A stretch of 64,000 nt of DNA, taken from assembly GCA_963705305.1 (NCBI GenBank), contig OY970067.1, forward strand, positions 3,712,001 to 3,776,000, read 5' to 3'. The position numbers were made by a program, and so were the translations under genes. The notes beneath the pieces are model-generated. The model saw nothing but the letters and a program-made list of their open reading frames with translations, did not search any database and was not told the origin of the DNA. Source of the stretch: an uncultured Methylomirabilota bacterium (GTDB lineage Bacteria > Methylomirabilota > Methylomirabilia > Methylomirabilales > 2-02-FULL-66-22). Below are positions 61,089-64,000 of this stretch, piece after piece. Within the stretch, counting starts at the first letter, position 1. Every line of letters begins with the position of its first letter.

Positions 61089-62003
61089 ATGACAAGGAGC
61101 CCTGTGAGACGCGCGTCGGACCTTCTGGGGCCGCTGAGGCCGTCATTCCTCCTCCTGCCGCCCGCGTGCGTGGCGGCCGGAGCGGGCTCGGCCTTCTGGC
61201 GCACGGGACGCCTCGATTGGGGGGCGGCCCTCCTGGTGCTTATGGGAGCCCTGTGCGCCCACGCCTCGGTGAATTCGCTCAACGAGTACTCCGATTTCCG
61301 GACGGGCGTCGATTCGCGGACGACCCGCACCCCGTTTTCCGGGGGAAGCGGCACCCTTCAGCGCCGTCCGGAGCTGGCCGGGTACGCCCTCGGGGTCGGA
61401 CTCGCACTGGCGTCGATCACTGCCGTCATCGGCGCATATTTCGCGTGGCTGGTCGGCCCGGGCATCCTCCCCATCGGCCTCGTCGGCCTCGGGGCAGTGC
61501 TCCTGTACACACCGTGGCTCAACCGGAGCCCGGCCCTGTGCCTTATCGCCCCGGGTCTGGGCTTTGGCACCTGCATCGTCATGGGGACGGACTTCGTTCT
61601 AGGTGACGGATACTCGTGGGCCGGCTTCTTCGTCTCCTTGGTCCCGTTCTTCCTGGTGAACAACCTGTTGCTCTTGAACCAGTTCCCGGACGCCGGCGCG
61701 GACCGGGCGGCGGACCGGCGCCACCTTGTCATCGTGTGCGGGTTTCGCACCGGCGCCGTGGTCTATGCCCTGTTCAATGCCGGGGCCTTCCTTTCGCTGG
61801 CCGCCGGCGTCTGCCTGCAGCTTCTTCCATTCCCTGTCCTGATCGGACTGGCCACGATCCCGTTGGCCGCGCTCGCCTCGCACGGTGCGTTTGCGCACGG
61901 GGAAGAGATTCCGAAGCTCGTTCCATCCATGGCGATGAACGTGGTGCTCACGCTCGTCACGCCGTCGCTCGTGGCGATCGGTCTATTCCTGGCACGCGCA
62001 TAG
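61089..62003 (+). CDS. UbiA/MenA-like prenyltransferase
   Basis: NEYSDFRTGVD, TPFSGGSG, NQFPD...D. Confidence 0.88.
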   Translation: MTRSPVRRASDLLGPLRPSFLLLPPACVAAGAGSAFWRTGRLDWGAALLVLMGALCAHASVNSLNEYSDFRTGVDSRTTRTPFSGGSGTLQRRPELAGYALGVGLALASITAVIGAYFAWLVGPGILPIGLVGLGAVLLYTPWLNRSPALCLIAPGLGFGTCIVMGTDFVLGDGYSWAGFFVSLVPFFLVNNLLLLNQFPDAGADRAADRRHLVIVCGFRTGAVVYALFNAGAFLSLAAGVCLQLLPFPVLIGLATIPLAALASHGAFAHGEEIPKLVPSMAMNVVLTLVTPSLVAIGLFLARA

Positions 62004-62054
62004 AGGGGAAAGCTGCTGGAGGCGGCGGGCCGGGTCCGGGAGCGATTTGGCGAG

Positions 62055-63170
62055 TCAGATCTCTCGCTCCGCCTTCGCATGCGAGGGACGGGCGGCGACA
62101 TAGCTGCCCACGACGAGGAGGGCCGCCATCGCCTGGGCAGCCAGGGTCTCGACCGAGGGAAAGACGGAGAACCAGAGCCCCATCCAATCTGGCAGAAACG
62201 AGGCCAGGGATGGGATGGTGGTGGTCGGGATCCAGTGGGCCAGCTGCATCTCCTGGGCCTGCTCGCCCACCATGACCAGGAGGACGCACCCCAGCAGGAT
62301 GCCGGTGAGGACGAGCATCTTCCGGTAGGGCAACCGCCGGTGAGCCAGAAACGTGAGCGCCCCGACAATGGCTGTGAGGAGGAGTCCCAGCAGGGCGCCG
62401 CCCGCGACCAACCTGCCGCCCATCCGCAAGTAATAGCTCTGAAGGAAGAGCACCACCTCGAAGCCTTCCCGGTAGAATGATGCGAACCCCAGCAGCCCCA
62501 GCCCCCAGATGAGGCGCCCCCGGGGAATCTGGGAGGCGGCCGCATCCCGAAGCAGCGCTTGCTTCTTCCGGGTATGGCGGGAAATCCACCCGGCCCAGTA
62601 CACCTTGTGGAAAAACCAGTTCATGACCAGCAAAAGCACCAGGACGGCCAGGAGGCCCGTCGCCGCCTGCAGCGCGAGTGCGGATACCTTCTGCGTCAGG
62701 TCGCCGACGATCCGCACGGCAATGCACCATGTGACTACAGTCGCCAGGAATCCGATGCCTGCGCCGGCCGCGACGGGTCGACGATGCCGGTGGAGACGGC
62801 CGGCCATCCCGGCGGTCACAGCCGCGAGCACCAGGATAGATTCCAGCCCTTCGCGGAACACCAGGACGCCGATGGAGAGGAGGGCCGCTGCCTGGCTCAG
62901 CTGGGGAGCGGTCGGATCGGGACTGCCATGGGCGGTGACGCCCTGCCAAACCAGCACGCCGGCCACAAGGCCTGCGGCGATCAGCAGCAGGCTCTGCAAC
63001 AGCATCCGCATTCCTCGTGGGGTTGAGGGCGGACGGCGGCGGGTGTCGCGGTTCGATTCCGGCGCGCGGTTACGCTCTCCGCCGCGCGGCGCGGACTCTC
63101 GGGTAGCCGGGGCCTCGTCCGCCTCTGCGCCTCGACCCGTAACCGCGCCGGAATGGTCGTGCTCTTTCAT
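62055..63170 (-). CDS. FTR1-family iron permease
   Basis: Two REGxE motifs (FREGLE, YREGFE), multiple TM helices; start could be 63011. Confidence 0.9.
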   Translation of the reverse strand: MKEHDHSGAVTGRGAEADEAPATRESAPRGGERNRAPESNRDTRRRPPSTPRGMRMLLQSLLLIAAGLVAGVLVWQGVTAHGSPDPTAPQLSQAAALLSIGVLVFREGLESILVLAAVTAGMAGRLHRHRRPVAAGAGIGFLATVVTWCIAVRIVGDLTQKVSALALQAATGLLAVLVLLLVMNWFFHKVYWAGWISRHTRKKQALLRDAAASQIPRGRLIWGLGLLGFASFYREGFEVVLFLQSYYLRMGGRLVAGGALLGLLLTAIVGALTFLAHRRLPYRKMLVLTGILLGCVLLVMVGEQAQEMQLAHWIPTTTIPSLASFLPDWMGLWFSVFPSVETLAAQAMAALLVVGSYVAARPSHAKAEREI

Positions 63171-63192
63171 GGCTGACGCCGAGCCTCCCGGC

Positions 63193-63612
63193 CTACTCAA
63201 GCAGCGTGGCGATGTCCTGGACATGTTCTGTTTCGACGGCAATCTGTTGCCGGATGAAATCTTCCAGGAAGGGGTTGCCGGTCACGCGTGGAAGGAACTC
63301 CGTGTACGCATCCAGCGCCTCTCGCTCGAACTCCAGGGCCTCGGCCAAGGCCTCCTGGAGGCGCAAGGGCCCGCCGGAAAGCGACAGCGTGATGTCCAGG
63401 CGCGGCGTGTCCCCCAAGGCGCGAATCTTCGTGGCGATCGCCTCCGCATGCTCGATGGTCTCCTGGCGCGCCTGTTCGAAAAAGCGCTCGGCAGCGAGAC
63501 GCTCCGCCCCGCGCAGGCGGTAGCGCAGGTGGAAGTAGCGAAGGAAGGCCTCGACCTCCTCGGCTAGGAGGCGGTGCAGCTCGTCCAGCAGATCGACGTT
63601 TCGATGTTCCAT
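63193..63612 (-). CDS. Ferritin-like four-helix protein
   Basis: E...Y, ETIEH, E...Y, ETEH diiron pattern. Confidence 0.85.
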   Translation of the reverse strand: MEHRNVDLLDELHRLLAEEVEAFLRYFHLRYRLRGAERLAAERFFEQARQETIEHAEAIATKIRALGDTPRLDITLSLSGGPLRLQEALAEALEFEREALDAYTEFLPRVTGNPFLEDFIRQQIAVETEHVQDIATLLE

Positions 63613-63624
63613 GGGATTGGGCGC

Positions 63625-64000
63625 TCAAACGCTGGACTGGAACTCGTCCACGAGACACGGGCCGTCTTTGCAGACTTCGCAGCTCTTCCCGTCAGGGCAT
63701 GGAGGGCACGGTCCGCGGAAGCGGTGGAAGCGCGCCAGCAAGTCCTGGGCGAGCGCGTCGTCGGACAGCACGAATTGCACGAATTGCAGCAGGCGCTCGC
63801 TGGTGGGATGGCTGATCAGGTGCTCCACCTTGCAGCTGTCGATCTCCGCCTGCTCGGGCGGGACGCCCAAGACCTCTGCGAGGAAGGCCCGCACGGTCGC
63901 CTTCTTGGCCAGGACCCGCTGGGCAATCGAGAGACCCTCGGGGGAGAGCTTCACCATTCGGTGCGCGTCTGTCACCACGAGCCCCCGCTTCTTGAGGGGC
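63625..64000 (-). CDS. DtxR/MntR-family metal-dependent regulator (partial) with Cys-rich tail
   Basis: LS.EG, FL.EVLGV....A..DSCKVEHLIS; tail CPPCPDGKSCEVCKDGPC. Confidence 0.85.
   Translation of the reverse strand, partial: PLKKRGLVVTDAHRMVKLSPEGLSIAQRVLAKKATVRAFLAEVLGVPPEQAEIDSCKVEHLISHPTSERLLQFVQFVLSDDALAQDLLARFHRFRGPCPPCPDGKSCEVCKDGPCLVDEFQSSV

Overview
GC-rich bacterial chromosome window; taxonomy cannot be fixed from the sequence alone. The core region carries larC/larB, long-form hisG, a DUF1445 + branched-chain-type ABC + pxpA/B/C (5-oxoprolinase) operon, galT, an eight-GAF histidine kinase with a stand-alone receiver, sigma54/NtrC-type controlled glnB-glnA, glnE, pdxA, a LacI-regulated sugar-type ABC cluster with two paralogous Tat binding proteins, yqeB, and RNase P RNA (rnpB). 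Immediately after rnpB the DNA becomes visibly AT-richer (about 46750-53700). This island holds a 567-aa putative HEPN protein and a frameshifted methyltransferase-fold gene, both with integron-cassette-like boundaries, plus a disrupted small basic protein, a GT-C/TPR membrane protein and an IS4/IS50-like MITE. The end of the window has an NTT-type transporter facing a signal-peptide-bearing 2-hydroxyacid dehydrogenase, and a DtxR / ferritin-like / FTR1 iron operon. At least three non-autonomous repeat families are present. Three core-gene frameshifts fall at or next to a GACG(T) motif, which suggests a systematic, possibly methylation-linked, sequencing error. All family calls come from motif recognition, not database searches.
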